From: Gemmatimonadales bacterium
GTDB taxonomy: Bacteria > Gemmatimonadota > Gemmatimonadetes > Gemmatimonadales > JACORV01
Assembly (NCBI GenBank): GCA_036493755.1
Contig: DASXPG010000106.1
Span: forward strand, 11,241-75,240
Reading direction: 5' to 3'
Length of the DNA stretch: 64,000 nt
This document shows positions 44,068-52,561 of this stretch, piece by piece; positions within the stretch are counted from its first letter, which is position 1, and each line of letters starts with the position of its first letter. The notes beneath the pieces are model-generated. The model did no database searches, had not been told where the DNA came from, and saw only the letters and a list, made by a program, of their open reading frames with translations. Made by a program: the position numbers and the translations under genes.

Positions 44068-44727
44068 TCAACCCCAGAAGCGCTGAGTCAGAAAGCTGGT
44101 CCGGTCGTCCTTGACCGCCCGCCAGTCGCCGTGCACCGCCGTTTCCAGCACGCCGCGCACCGCGTTGGCCAGAAACACCGGCAATCCCTCGATGTCGGGC
44201 CGGGTGAAACGGCCCTCGCGGACCTCGATCTTGTTCTCCTGGGCCAGCTCGATGACCCGCGCCCGCCCGATCCCCGGGAGGATGCCGATGTCGAGCGCCG
44301 GCGTGCAGAGCACCGGTCCCAGCCAGAAAAAAATACTGGTCACGCATCCTTCGGCGAGGACACCGCCCTGCGCCATCAGCAGCGCCTCATCGGCGCGGAA
44401 CGGGACCACGCGCGCCCGCGCGCGATCGAACATCTGGCGATCGGTGACCTTGTGCGGATATGGCTCGTGCCTGGTCCCCGAGAAGACGATCCGCATCGGC
44501 TCGACCGGCGGGGCCGGGCGCGATTCGATGCGCTCGCCCAGCTCATCGAGCATTACGCGCACAATCAAATCGGCGCCATGGGCATGGGCGCGCACCCGCT
44601 CCTCGAGACCCGGCTCGGGCAGCGCCCGCGCCAGCGCCTCACAGGAGCGTCTGAGCCGTGCGATGTGCTGGGAGAGGAACAGCGCCTTCCCCTCGCGGAA
44701 GCGGATCGTCTCGAAAAGTCCACTCAT
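44068..44727 (-). CDS. Aminotransferase class IV fold protein (aminodeoxychorismate lyase-like)
   Basis: MSGLFETIRFREGKALFLSQHIARL, then KVTDR, then EGCVTSIFF...LCTPALDIGILPGIGR...VREGRFT. The pattern resembles PabC/class IV enzymes but the protein is short (219 aa). Confidence 0.65.
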   Translation of the reverse strand: MSGLFETIRFREGKALFLSQHIARLRRSCEALARALPEPGLEERVRAHAHGADLIVRVMLDELGERIESRPAPPVEPMRIVFSGTRHEPYPHKVTDRQMFDRARARVVPFRADEALLMAQGGVLAEGCVTSIFFWLGPVLCTPALDIGILPGIGRARVIELAQENKIEVREGRFTRPDIEGLPVFLANAVRGVLETAVHGDWRAVKDDRTSFLTQRFWG

Positions 44728-44826
44728 CAGAGGTTAGCCTACGCTGAGGCGGCCAAACGCTCAAGCGCCGGGGAGTTGCAGGTCGGCCGTTCAAGGTGAC
44801 ATTTACCGTTCACCTGGGAGGTATCA

Positions 44827-45555
44827 GTGCCGCTCGTTCGTTGTCCGAAGCACGGCCGGGTCTACGATGATGCCAAGGCCGCAGGCTGCTCGGTCTGCAT
44901 GGAAGAGCTGGCCATGCCGCGCGCGCCCGGCGGCCGCGCAAAAGAGCCGGTGGCCGAGGCTCCGCGATCGATGGGTGGCATGATCATCCTGGCGGCGCTG
45001 ATCATCGTCGGCGTTCTGGGCGGCGCGATCTACTGGTACTCATCGACCCACAACGCCGAGACCCGGGCGAGCGCCGCGCGCGACTCGCTGCGCGCCGAGG
45101 CCGCAGGACCGCCGCAGGCCGACACCACCCACCTCGCCCTTCCCGGCGATCTGTCGCCGGTGCGCCGGGCGCGCGCGCTGCGCGGCGAGCTGGAGTCGCT
45201 GCTCCACCACGATCGCGGCGCGATCCTCGGCTTTGCAGCCGGATCGGCCGACACCACCTCGGCCGATCGCACCGCGCAGAAAAAAGCCAAGCAGTACGTG
45301 GCCTTCGCCCATCGCTGGCAGGGCGCGATCGACCGGCTGACCCGCGGCGGCACCGACTTCCGCTATCAGCCCGGCGTGCGCCTCGAGCGGCAGATGGACA
45401 ACGTCACCAACCAGCTTCAGGCCGCGGCCAGCGTGATGCGCGACATGGTGCGGATCACCGAGGTGAAGCCGCGCGCCGAGCGCAGCACCGACGTGCGCGA
45501 TGCCACTGGATACCTGAATTCGGCAGGCTCGGTGTTGTCGGGGCTTCCGAGGTGA
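44827..45555 (+). CDS. Hypothetical membrane-anchored protein with N-terminal CxxH...CxxC zinc-ribbon-like motif
   Basis: GGGAGG precedes GTG 44827. Product starts VRCPKHGRVYDDAKAAGCSVCMEE, then a single TM (MIILAALIIVGVLGGAIYWY), then a ~170-aa helical region. Confidence 0.55.
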   Translation: MPLVRCPKHGRVYDDAKAAGCSVCMEELAMPRAPGGRAKEPVAEAPRSMGGMIILAALIIVGVLGGAIYWYSSTHNAETRASAARDSLRAEAAGPPQADTTHLALPGDLSPVRRARALRGELESLLHHDRGAILGFAAGSADTTSADRTAQKKAKQYVAFAHRWQGAIDRLTRGGTDFRYQPGVRLERQMDNVTNQLQAAASVMRDMVRITEVKPRAERSTDVRDATGYLNSAGSVLSGLPR

Positions 45556-45598
45556 GGCATGCAGACGCGCGGCCGCGCAGCCGCGCGGCGGCGCGGTC

Positions 45599-46081
45599 GT
45601 GACCAATTCCTCGCCCGGCGCGCGGCTGCGCGCCTCGTGGGACCGGCTCTCCCGGCTTCCCGGCGGGCGCTGGCTCTTCAGCAGACTGCTCCGTTTCGTG
45701 AATCCCTACTCGGGCGCCGTTGGCGCACGGGTCGAGGAGCTGCAACCGGGCCATGCGCGGCTCACTCTCACGGACCGGCGCGCGGTCCGCAATCATCTGA
45801 ACTCGGTCCACGCCATCGCGCTGGCGAACATCGCCGAGCTGGCGAGCGGGCTGGCGATGCTCTCGGCACTCCCCGATACCGTGCGCGGCATTCCGACCGG
45901 CATTTCCATCCAGTACCTGAAGAAGGCGCGCGGCGTGCTCACGGCCGAAGCGCGGGTCGTCATCCCCACGGTCACCGGCGACATGAATTTCGAGGTGACC
46001 TCCACGGTGAAGAACGCCGCCGGCGAGGAGGTCGCCCACGCCACGGTCAGCTGGAAGCTGGGGCTGATCCCCGGGCGATGA
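45599..46081 (+). CDS. Hotdog-fold protein (DUF4442/PaaI-like thioesterase)
   Basis: NPYSGAVGARVEELQPGHARLTLTDRRAVRNHLNSVHAIALANIAELASG resembles the DUF4442/PaaI pattern. Its stop overlaps the next start (ATGA). Confidence 0.6.
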   Translation: MTNSSPGARLRASWDRLSRLPGGRWLFSRLLRFVNPYSGAVGARVEELQPGHARLTLTDRRAVRNHLNSVHAIALANIAELASGLAMLSALPDTVRGIPTGISIQYLKKARGVLTAEARVVIPTVTGDMNFEVTSTVKNAAGEEVAHATVSWKLGLIPGR

Positions 46082-47097
46082 CCGATTCGGCGCACGACGC
46101 ACGACGGACGACGCACGATGCACCGCTTCAAACGCCGCTGACCCGCGACGCCGGTTGCGACATCCCCATCATCGGCGGCGCGATGTACCCCTGCAGCAAT
46201 CCCGAGCTGGTCGCCGCGGTTTCGGCCGCGGGCGCCATCGGCGTCGTCCAACCGGTCTCGCTGACCTACGTCCACGGCCACGACTACCGGGAAGGACTGC
46301 GGCTCATCCGCCGGCTCGCTCCCGGCAAGCCGATCGGCATGAACGCGCTGATCGAGAAGTCTTCGAAGCTCTACCTGGAGCGGATGACGACGTGGATCGA
46401 CGTCGCGCTCGAGGAAGGGGTACGCTTCTTCATCACCTCGTTAGGCAACCCGCGCTGGGTGGTGGACCGGGTGGCGGCGGCCGGCGGCAAGGTCTACCAC
46501 GACGTCACCGAACGGAAATGGGCGCTCAAGGCGAGGGACGGCGGCGTACACGGCCTGATCTGCGTGAACAGCCGTGCCGGCGGACACGCCGGCGCGCTGA
46601 CACCCGAGGCCTTGATCGCCGAATGCGGCGACCTGGGATTGCCCCTGGTCTGCGCCGGCGGCGTCGGCGACGAGAGCGATTTCGTCCGCGCCATGCGGCT
46701 CGGCTATGCCGGGGTGCAGATCGGCACCCGCTTCATCGCCACCACCGAGTGCAACTCGCGGGCCGACTACAAGCAGGCGATCCTGAACGCCGGCGAGGAC
46801 GACATCGTCCTCACCGAGCGGGTGACCGGGGTGCCGATCGCGGTGATCCGGACGCCGTACATCGAGCGCATCGGTACCAGCATCGGGCCCATCGCGCGCC
46901 GCCTCTTTCGCGGCCGCCGCACCCGCCACTGGATGCGAACCTTCTACGCGCTCCGCTCGTTGCGAAAGATGAAGACCGATTCGGTGACCGGCTCCGGCAC
47001 CGGCGAGTACTGGCAGGCGGGAAAAAGCGTCCACGGCATCACATCGATCGAGCCCGCGGGGGATATCATTCGCCGATTTGCTGCCGCCGCGTCCTGA
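46078..47097 (+). CDS. Nitronate monooxygenase (NMO / FabK-like FMN oxidoreductase) family protein
   Basis: IPIIGGAMYPCSNPELVAAVSAAGAIGV, VNSRAGGHAG and LVCAGGVGD...GYAGVQIGTRF. Confidence 0.85.
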   Translation: MTDSAHDARRTTHDAPLQTPLTRDAGCDIPIIGGAMYPCSNPELVAAVSAAGAIGVVQPVSLTYVHGHDYREGLRLIRRLAPGKPIGMNALIEKSSKLYLERMTTWIDVALEEGVRFFITSLGNPRWVVDRVAAAGGKVYHDVTERKWALKARDGGVHGLICVNSRAGGHAGALTPEALIAECGDLGLPLVCAGGVGDESDFVRAMRLGYAGVQIGTRFIATTECNSRADYKQAILNAGEDDIVLTERVTGVPIAVIRTPYIERIGTSIGPIARRLFRGRRTRHWMRTFYALRSLRKMKTDSVTGSGTGEYWQAGKSVHGITSIEPAGDIIRRFAAAAS

Positions 47098-47120
47098 AGG
47101 ACGCTACATTCAGCCCCGAC

Positions 47121-48314
47121 ATGACGGGACTTCGGCAGACCCCATTCCACCCCCGCACATCGGCCCTGATGGAAGGCGCAAACTGGCGCCGCTGGGCCGG
47201 ATACACCGTGGCGAGCTCCTACGAGCTGCTGCACGACCGCGAGTATCACGCGATCCGCAGCTCGGCCGCGCTGCTCGACGTGACGCCCCTCTACAAGTAC
47301 CTGGTGACCGGCAAGGACGCCGCGCGGCTGGTCGATCGCGTTATCGTCCGCGACGCGCTGCACGCCAGGGTCGGCCAGGTGATGTACACCTGCTGGTGCG
47401 ACAGCGCCGGCAAAGTCATCGACGACGGCACCGTGTCGCGGCTCGGCGACGAGACGTTCCGAATCACCTCGGCGGATCCCTCGTTGCGCTGGTTCGCCCT
47501 CAACGCGGCCGGCCTCCATGCGAAGATCGAAGACGTCACGGAATCCACCGCCGCGCTGGCGCTGCAGGGGCCCAATGCCCGCGCCATTCTCCAGCAGCTC
47601 ACCGGCGCCGACCTCGCGCACCTCAAGTACTTCCGCGTCGTCTCGACGACGCTGCGCGACATGCCGGTCCAGATATCGCGCACCGGCTACACCGGTGACC
47701 TCGGCTACGAGATCTGGCTGCACGCCCACGACGCCCTCGCGATCTGGGACGCGCTGATCGAGGCGGGAACGCCGTACGGCATCGTCCCCTGCGGAATGCT
47801 GGGCCTCGACATGGCCCGCATCGAGGCGGGGCTCATGCTGCTCGAAGTCGACTACGTCTCGGCGCACCGCGCCCTGATCGAGGGCCAGAAGTCGTCGCCC
47901 TACGAGCTGAACCTCGGCTGGGCGGTGGACCTCAAGAAGGAATGGTTCGTCGGCAAGGATGCCCTGGCCCTCGAGGCGGCGCGCGGACCGGCCTGGCGTT
48001 TCATCGGCATCGAGGTCGATTGGGAAAACCTCGAGCGGTTGTACGCCGAGGTGAAGCTTCCGCCGAGACTGCCGGCGCAGGCGTGGCGGGTCAGCGTGCC
48101 GTTGTACGTCGAGGGACGGCAGGTCGGCTACGCGACCAGCGGCTGCTGGTCGCCGCTGCTCAAGAAGTACATCGCGCTGGGGCACGTCGAAGCGGCCTAC
48201 GGCAATCCCGGCTCTCGGCTGGCGATGGAAGTCACCGTCGAGCACCGCCGCAAGCAGGCCGCCGCGACGGTGGTGCCCACACCCTTCTTCAATCCCGACC
48301 GGAAGCGCGCCTGA
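47121..48314 (+). CDS. GcvT-family aminomethyltransferase-like (folate-binding) protein
   Basis: TPFHPRT, EYHAIRSSAALLDVTPLYKYLVTG, ALALQGPNA, ISRTGYTGDLGYEIW and GLDMARIEAGL. Confidence 0.85.
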   Translation: MTGLRQTPFHPRTSALMEGANWRRWAGYTVASSYELLHDREYHAIRSSAALLDVTPLYKYLVTGKDAARLVDRVIVRDALHARVGQVMYTCWCDSAGKVIDDGTVSRLGDETFRITSADPSLRWFALNAAGLHAKIEDVTESTAALALQGPNARAILQQLTGADLAHLKYFRVVSTTLRDMPVQISRTGYTGDLGYEIWLHAHDALAIWDALIEAGTPYGIVPCGMLGLDMARIEAGLMLLEVDYVSAHRALIEGQKSSPYELNLGWAVDLKKEWFVGKDALALEAARGPAWRFIGIEVDWENLERLYAEVKLPPRLPAQAWRVSVPLYVEGRQVGYATSGCWSPLLKKYIALGHVEAAYGNPGSRLAMEVTVEHRRKQAAATVVPTPFFNPDRKRA

Positions 48315-49897
48315 TGGCCGCCAATCGCTACGACGCGATCGTCATCGGCGGCGGCCACAACGGACTGATCGCCGCCGCCTACCTGGCGCGCGCCGGCCGG
48401 AAGGTCGTCGTCCTCGAGCGGCGCGAGCGGGTGGGCGGCGCGGCGGTGACCGAGGAAATCTTCCCCGGCTTCAAGTTTTCGATGTTCTCGTACGTGGTCA
48501 GCCTGCTGCGCCCCGAGATCATCCGCGACCTGCGGCTTCCCGAGCACGGCCTCCAGATTCTCCCGCTCGAGAGCACGCTGACGCCCATGGAAAACGGCGA
48601 CTACTTCGCCGCCTGGGCCGATCACGACCAGACCCGCCGCGAGCTGCTGCGGCATTCGGCGCTCGACGCCGAAGCGTACGACGAGTACGGCCGGCTGATG
48701 TACCACATGGCCCACGCGGTGAAGCCGATCCTCGGCATGGTGCCTCCCGACCCGGCGTCGCTGCGGCCCCGCGACCTCAAGGGGATGCTCGCCGTCGGCA
48801 ATCACTTCCGCTCGTTAGGCGCCGAGCAGTTCCACGCCATGTTCAAGCTGATGACCATGAGCTCGGCGGATTTCCTCGACGAGTGGTTCGAGACCGACGT
48901 CCTCAAGGCCACCAAGTCGGCGAGCGGGATCATCGGCACCTTCCTGGGCCCGCGCTCGCCGGGAACGGCCTACGTCCTCCTCCATCATTACATGGGCGAG
49001 CTGGACGGCGTGTTCCGCGCCTGGGGCTTCCAGAAGGGCGGCACCGGCGGAATCTCGGAAGCGATCGCCGCCTCGGCTCGATCGCTCGGCGTTGCAATCA
49101 GGTGCGGCCAGACGGTGCAGAAGGTGCGCGAGAAGGATGGCCGGGTCCGCGGCGTGGTCCTCGAGAATGGCGACGAGATCGACGCGAACATCGTGCTGAC
49201 GAGTCTCGATCCCCGGCGCAGCTTCCTCGAGCTGGTGGACCGGAAGGCGCTCCCCGACGAGTTCGTGGCGGACATCAGCCGCTTCAAGTTCCGCGGCTCC
49301 TCGGGAAAGGTGAACCTCGCGTTAGGCGCCCTCCCCGATTTCACCTGCATGCCCGGCTTCGGCCCGCACCTGCGCGGCGCCATGTCGATATCGCCCAGCA
49401 TGGACTACGTCGAGCGGGCCTACGACGACGCCAAGTACGGCGAGTTCTCGAAGCGCCCGTACATGGACATCGTGATCCCCTCGCTCATCGATCCCGGGAT
49501 GGCGCCTCCCGGCAAACACGTCATGTCGGTCTTCGTGCAGTACGCGCCGTACAACCTGAACGGCGGCTGGACCGACGCGAAGCGCGAGGCATTCGGCGAC
49601 GCCGTGATCGGCGCCATCGAGCGCTTCGCGCCCAACATCCGCTCCTGCATCGAGCACCGGCAGGTGCTGACGCCGCTCGACATCGAGCGCATCACCGGGC
49701 TGTCCGAAGGCAACATCTTCCAGGGCGAGCTGGCGCTCCACCAGCTCTTCTTTCTCCGGCCCGCTCCGGGCTGGGCGCGCTTCCGCACGCCGATCAGGAA
49801 TTACTACCAGTGCGGTTCGGGGACGCACCCCGGCGGCGGCATCATGGGCGCTTCCGGACGGCTCGGCGCGATGGCGGTGCTGGAGGACCACGCGTGA
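48314..49897 (+). CDS. Phytoene-desaturase-family NAD(P)/FAD-dependent oxidoreductase (CrtI-like), copy 1
   Basis: YDAIVIGGGHNGLIAAAYLARAGRKVVVLERRERVGGAA (dinucleotide fold) and C-terminal CGSGTHPGGGIMGASG. Confidence 0.85.
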   Translation: MAANRYDAIVIGGGHNGLIAAAYLARAGRKVVVLERRERVGGAAVTEEIFPGFKFSMFSYVVSLLRPEIIRDLRLPEHGLQILPLESTLTPMENGDYFAAWADHDQTRRELLRHSALDAEAYDEYGRLMYHMAHAVKPILGMVPPDPASLRPRDLKGMLAVGNHFRSLGAEQFHAMFKLMTMSSADFLDEWFETDVLKATKSASGIIGTFLGPRSPGTAYVLLHHYMGELDGVFRAWGFQKGGTGGISEAIAASARSLGVAIRCGQTVQKVREKDGRVRGVVLENGDEIDANIVLTSLDPRRSFLELVDRKALPDEFVADISRFKFRGSSGKVNLALGALPDFTCMPGFGPHLRGAMSISPSMDYVERAYDDAKYGEFSKRPYMDIVIPSLIDPGMAPPGKHVMSVFVQYAPYNLNGGWTDAKREAFGDAVIGAIERFAPNIRSCIEHRQVLTPLDIERITGLSEGNIFQGELALHQLFFLRPAPGWARFRTPIRNYYQCGSGTHPGGGIMGASGRLGAMAVLEDHA

Positions 49898-51318
49898 GCC
49901 GCTCCGTGGTGGTGATCGGCGCCGGGACCAACGGTCTGACCGCGGCGCAGATACTCGCGACATCGGGGCGGCAGGTCATCGTGCTCGACCAGAAGCAGCC
50001 CGCCGACGTCGACTTCGACGCCGGTTGGGTGCCACCGAGCGTCCGCGCCGCGCTCAACATTCAGCCGGAGGCCGAGGAGCAGGGTTCCTGGCTGGTGATG
50101 CCGATGGAGGGCGGGCGCTTCGAGCTCTTTGCCGACATCGCCCGCTCGGCCGAATCGATCCGGAGGCTCAGCCCGCGCGATGCGTCGCGCTGGCCGGAAT
50201 TCTGCACCCGCATGCGGCGCCTGGCTGGAGTGCTCGAGACGCTCTATCAGCAGAACGCCCCCGACGTCGAGACCACCGATCCCGGAGAGCTGATGCACCT
50301 CGCCCTCCTCGGACTCAGGGTCCGCGGGCTGGGCCGGCAGACCGTGATCGACCTGCTGCGCATTCTGCCGATGCCGGTCGCCGAGCTGCTCGACGAGTGG
50401 TTCGAGAGCGAGCTGCTCAAGGCGGCGGTCGGCTCGACCGGCGTCATGGATCTGTGCCAGGGGCCGCGTTCGGCGGGAACGGCGTTCGTGATGCTGCACC
50501 ATCACGTGGGCCGGCCGGCCGGTGTCTTTCGGCCGCTTCGCACCAGCCTGCGCTCGACATTGTCGAAGCGGACCAACGTCGAGATCCGCCACGACGCCGC
50601 GATGCACCTCGAGGTCGCCGGCGAGCGTATCCGCGCCGTGACCCTCGAGAGCGGCGACACCATCGAGACCGACTGCCTCGTCTCCAGCGCTGACCCGCGC
50701 CGCACCATGCTCGACCTCCTCGATCCGGGCTGGCTCGACCCCGAATTCATGCGCGCGGTGCACAACATCAAAATGAAGGGTGTCGCCGGGACGGTGACCC
50801 TCGCCCTGAGCTGCGAGGCGCCGTTCAGGCAGATGAGCCTGGCGCCGTCGCTGACCCACATCGAGCGCGCCTACGACGATGTGAAATACGGACGACCATC
50901 AGCGCAGCCGTGGCTGGAATTGAGGAACAGCGGGCAAAAGATCGAGGTGCAGGTCCAATACCTGCCGCAGGTCCCGCGCGAGGGCGCGTGGGACGAGGCC
51001 GGGAAGCGCTCGTTAGGCAACGACGTCGCCCGGCGGGTGGTCGACGCGGCGCCCGAGCTGAAGGATGCCATCACCGGCATCCGCGTCATGACCCCGCTCG
51101 ATCTGGACGCCCACGGCGGTCTCACCGGCGGTCACCGGTACCAGGGCGACCTGACCCTCGACCAGATCCTCTTCATGCGCCCGGTGGCGGGCTGGAGCCG
51201 GTATCGCACTCCGATCGGCGGGCTCTGGCTCTGCGGCTCGGGAACCCATCCCGGCGGCGGCGTCGCCGGCGCGTCAGGACTGCTCGCGGCGCGCGAGATT
51301 CTGCGGGACGCCCGGTGA
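49894..51318 (+). CDS. Phytoene-desaturase-family FAD-dependent oxidoreductase (CrtI-like), copy 2
   Basis: VVVIGAGTNGLTAAQILATSGRQVIVLD and C-terminal CGSGTHPGGGVAGASG. GTGA overlap with copy 1. Confidence 0.8.
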   Translation: MSRSVVVIGAGTNGLTAAQILATSGRQVIVLDQKQPADVDFDAGWVPPSVRAALNIQPEAEEQGSWLVMPMEGGRFELFADIARSAESIRRLSPRDASRWPEFCTRMRRLAGVLETLYQQNAPDVETTDPGELMHLALLGLRVRGLGRQTVIDLLRILPMPVAELLDEWFESELLKAAVGSTGVMDLCQGPRSAGTAFVMLHHHVGRPAGVFRPLRTSLRSTLSKRTNVEIRHDAAMHLEVAGERIRAVTLESGDTIETDCLVSSADPRRTMLDLLDPGWLDPEFMRAVHNIKMKGVAGTVTLALSCEAPFRQMSLAPSLTHIERAYDDVKYGRPSAQPWLELRNSGQKIEVQVQYLPQVPREGAWDEAGKRSLGNDVARRVVDAAPELKDAITGIRVMTPLDLDAHGGLTGGHRYQGDLTLDQILFMRPVAGWSRYRTPIGGLWLCGSGTHPGGGVAGASGLLAAREILRDAR

Positions 51319-52418
51319 CAGCGTTCCAGAAAACGGCCGAGAGTTACCGGCCGGGCGCGCGAACGATGGAAGGGCGCTACTACACGTCGCCCGACATCTT
51401 CGCCCAGGAGCGGGAGAAGATCTTCGCCCGCCGCTGGATCTGTGTCGGGCGCGAATCGCAGGTCGCCGTGACGGGCGCCTACATCGTGGCAGAGATTGCG
51501 GGCGAGAGCATCATCGTGGTGCGGGACAAGCCGGGCATCCTGCACGCGTTCTACAATGTCTGCCGGCATCGCGGTACCAGGCTCTGCGAAGCGGCGCAGG
51601 GAAGCTTCGGCGGCTCGATCCAGTGTCCCTATCACGCCTGGACCTACGGCCTCGACGGGCGCCTGATCGGCGCCCCGCACATGAACGAAGTCGAATCCTT
51701 CGACAAGGCCGACTATCCGCTGCACGCCGTCGCCGTTGCGATGTGGGAAGGGTTCGTCTTCATCAACCTCGCGGCCCGGCCCGAGCCGTTCGACCTGGCA
51801 TTCGCGCCCGTCACCGGCCTATTCGAGCGCTATGGGTTGGCTCGGCTGCGCGTAGTGCGGCGGATCGAATACGAGGTGAAAGCCAACTGGAAACTGATCC
51901 TTCAGAACTACAACGAGTGCCTGCACTGCCCGACGATCCATCCCGAGCTCTCCACCACGTTGCCCTATACCAGCGGCGCCAACGATCTCACCGACGGCCC
52001 CTTCCTCGGCGGCTACATGGAAATCAAGGCGCCTAACGAAAGCGCAACCATGAGCGGCAGGATGTGCGCGATACCGCTCAGTGGAGCGAGTGGAGCGAGA
52101 GCGTACTACTACGCGCTGTTCCCGACCATGATGCTGAGCCTGCATCCAGACTACGCAGTGTATTACACGGTCTGGCCGAAGTTGCCCGACGCGAGCCGCG
52201 TGGTCTGCGAGTGGATGGTGCATCCGGACGCCCCATCGGCCCCGGGGTACAACATCGCCGATGCCGAAGAGTTCTGGGACGTCACCAATCGGCAGGACTG
52301 GCACATCTGTGAGCAGAGCCATGCGGGCATCAGCTCCCGCGCCTACACTCCCGGACCCTACTCTCCTCGCGAGAGCATCCCCGCCGCCTGGGACCGGGAG
52401 TACCTCAAGAGCCTCTAA
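51315..52418 (+). CDS. Rieske [2Fe-2S] non-heme-iron oxygenase alpha subunit
   Basis: Rieske ligands CRHRG...CPYHAW. Mononuclear iron motif NYNECLHCPTIHP (H-x4-H). GTGA overlap with the previous gene. Confidence 0.85.
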   Translation: MTAFQKTAESYRPGARTMEGRYYTSPDIFAQEREKIFARRWICVGRESQVAVTGAYIVAEIAGESIIVVRDKPGILHAFYNVCRHRGTRLCEAAQGSFGGSIQCPYHAWTYGLDGRLIGAPHMNEVESFDKADYPLHAVAVAMWEGFVFINLAARPEPFDLAFAPVTGLFERYGLARLRVVRRIEYEVKANWKLILQNYNECLHCPTIHPELSTTLPYTSGANDLTDGPFLGGYMEIKAPNESATMSGRMCAIPLSGASGARAYYYALFPTMMLSLHPDYAVYYTVWPKLPDASRVVCEWMVHPDAPSAPGYNIADAEEFWDVTNRQDWHICEQSHAGISSRAYTPGPYSPRESIPAAWDREYLKSL

Positions 52419-52494
52419 CTGACGGGCCCTTCAGGACGTGCATAGCCGAGCGCGTCCTTCAGGACGCATCTCGCAGCGACCTATCGCATCTTCT

Positions 52495-52523
52495 TTGACC
52501 TCTCCTGCATCCCGCAATATGTT
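52495..52523 (+). promoter_or_regulatory. Candidate sigma70-type promoter for the formate dehydrogenase operon
   Basis: TTGACC (52495-52500), a 17-nt spacer, TATGTT (52518-52523), about 38 nt upstream of the ATG. The RBS gagggag is at 52549-52555. Confidence 0.4.
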
Positions 52524-52561
52524 CTGAAGTGTAGTAATGGCATCCACTTGAGGGAGCGCAC

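Noticed and set aside
45559-52418. N-terminal extensions of track ORFs 45559-47097, 46155-48314, 47942-49897, 48883-51318 and 50910-52418
   Set aside because: Each extension overlaps the preceding, well-supported gene in another frame. Internal ATG or GTG codons at the stop of the upstream gene (46078, 47121, 48314, 49894, 51315) coincide with the start of recognisable domains.
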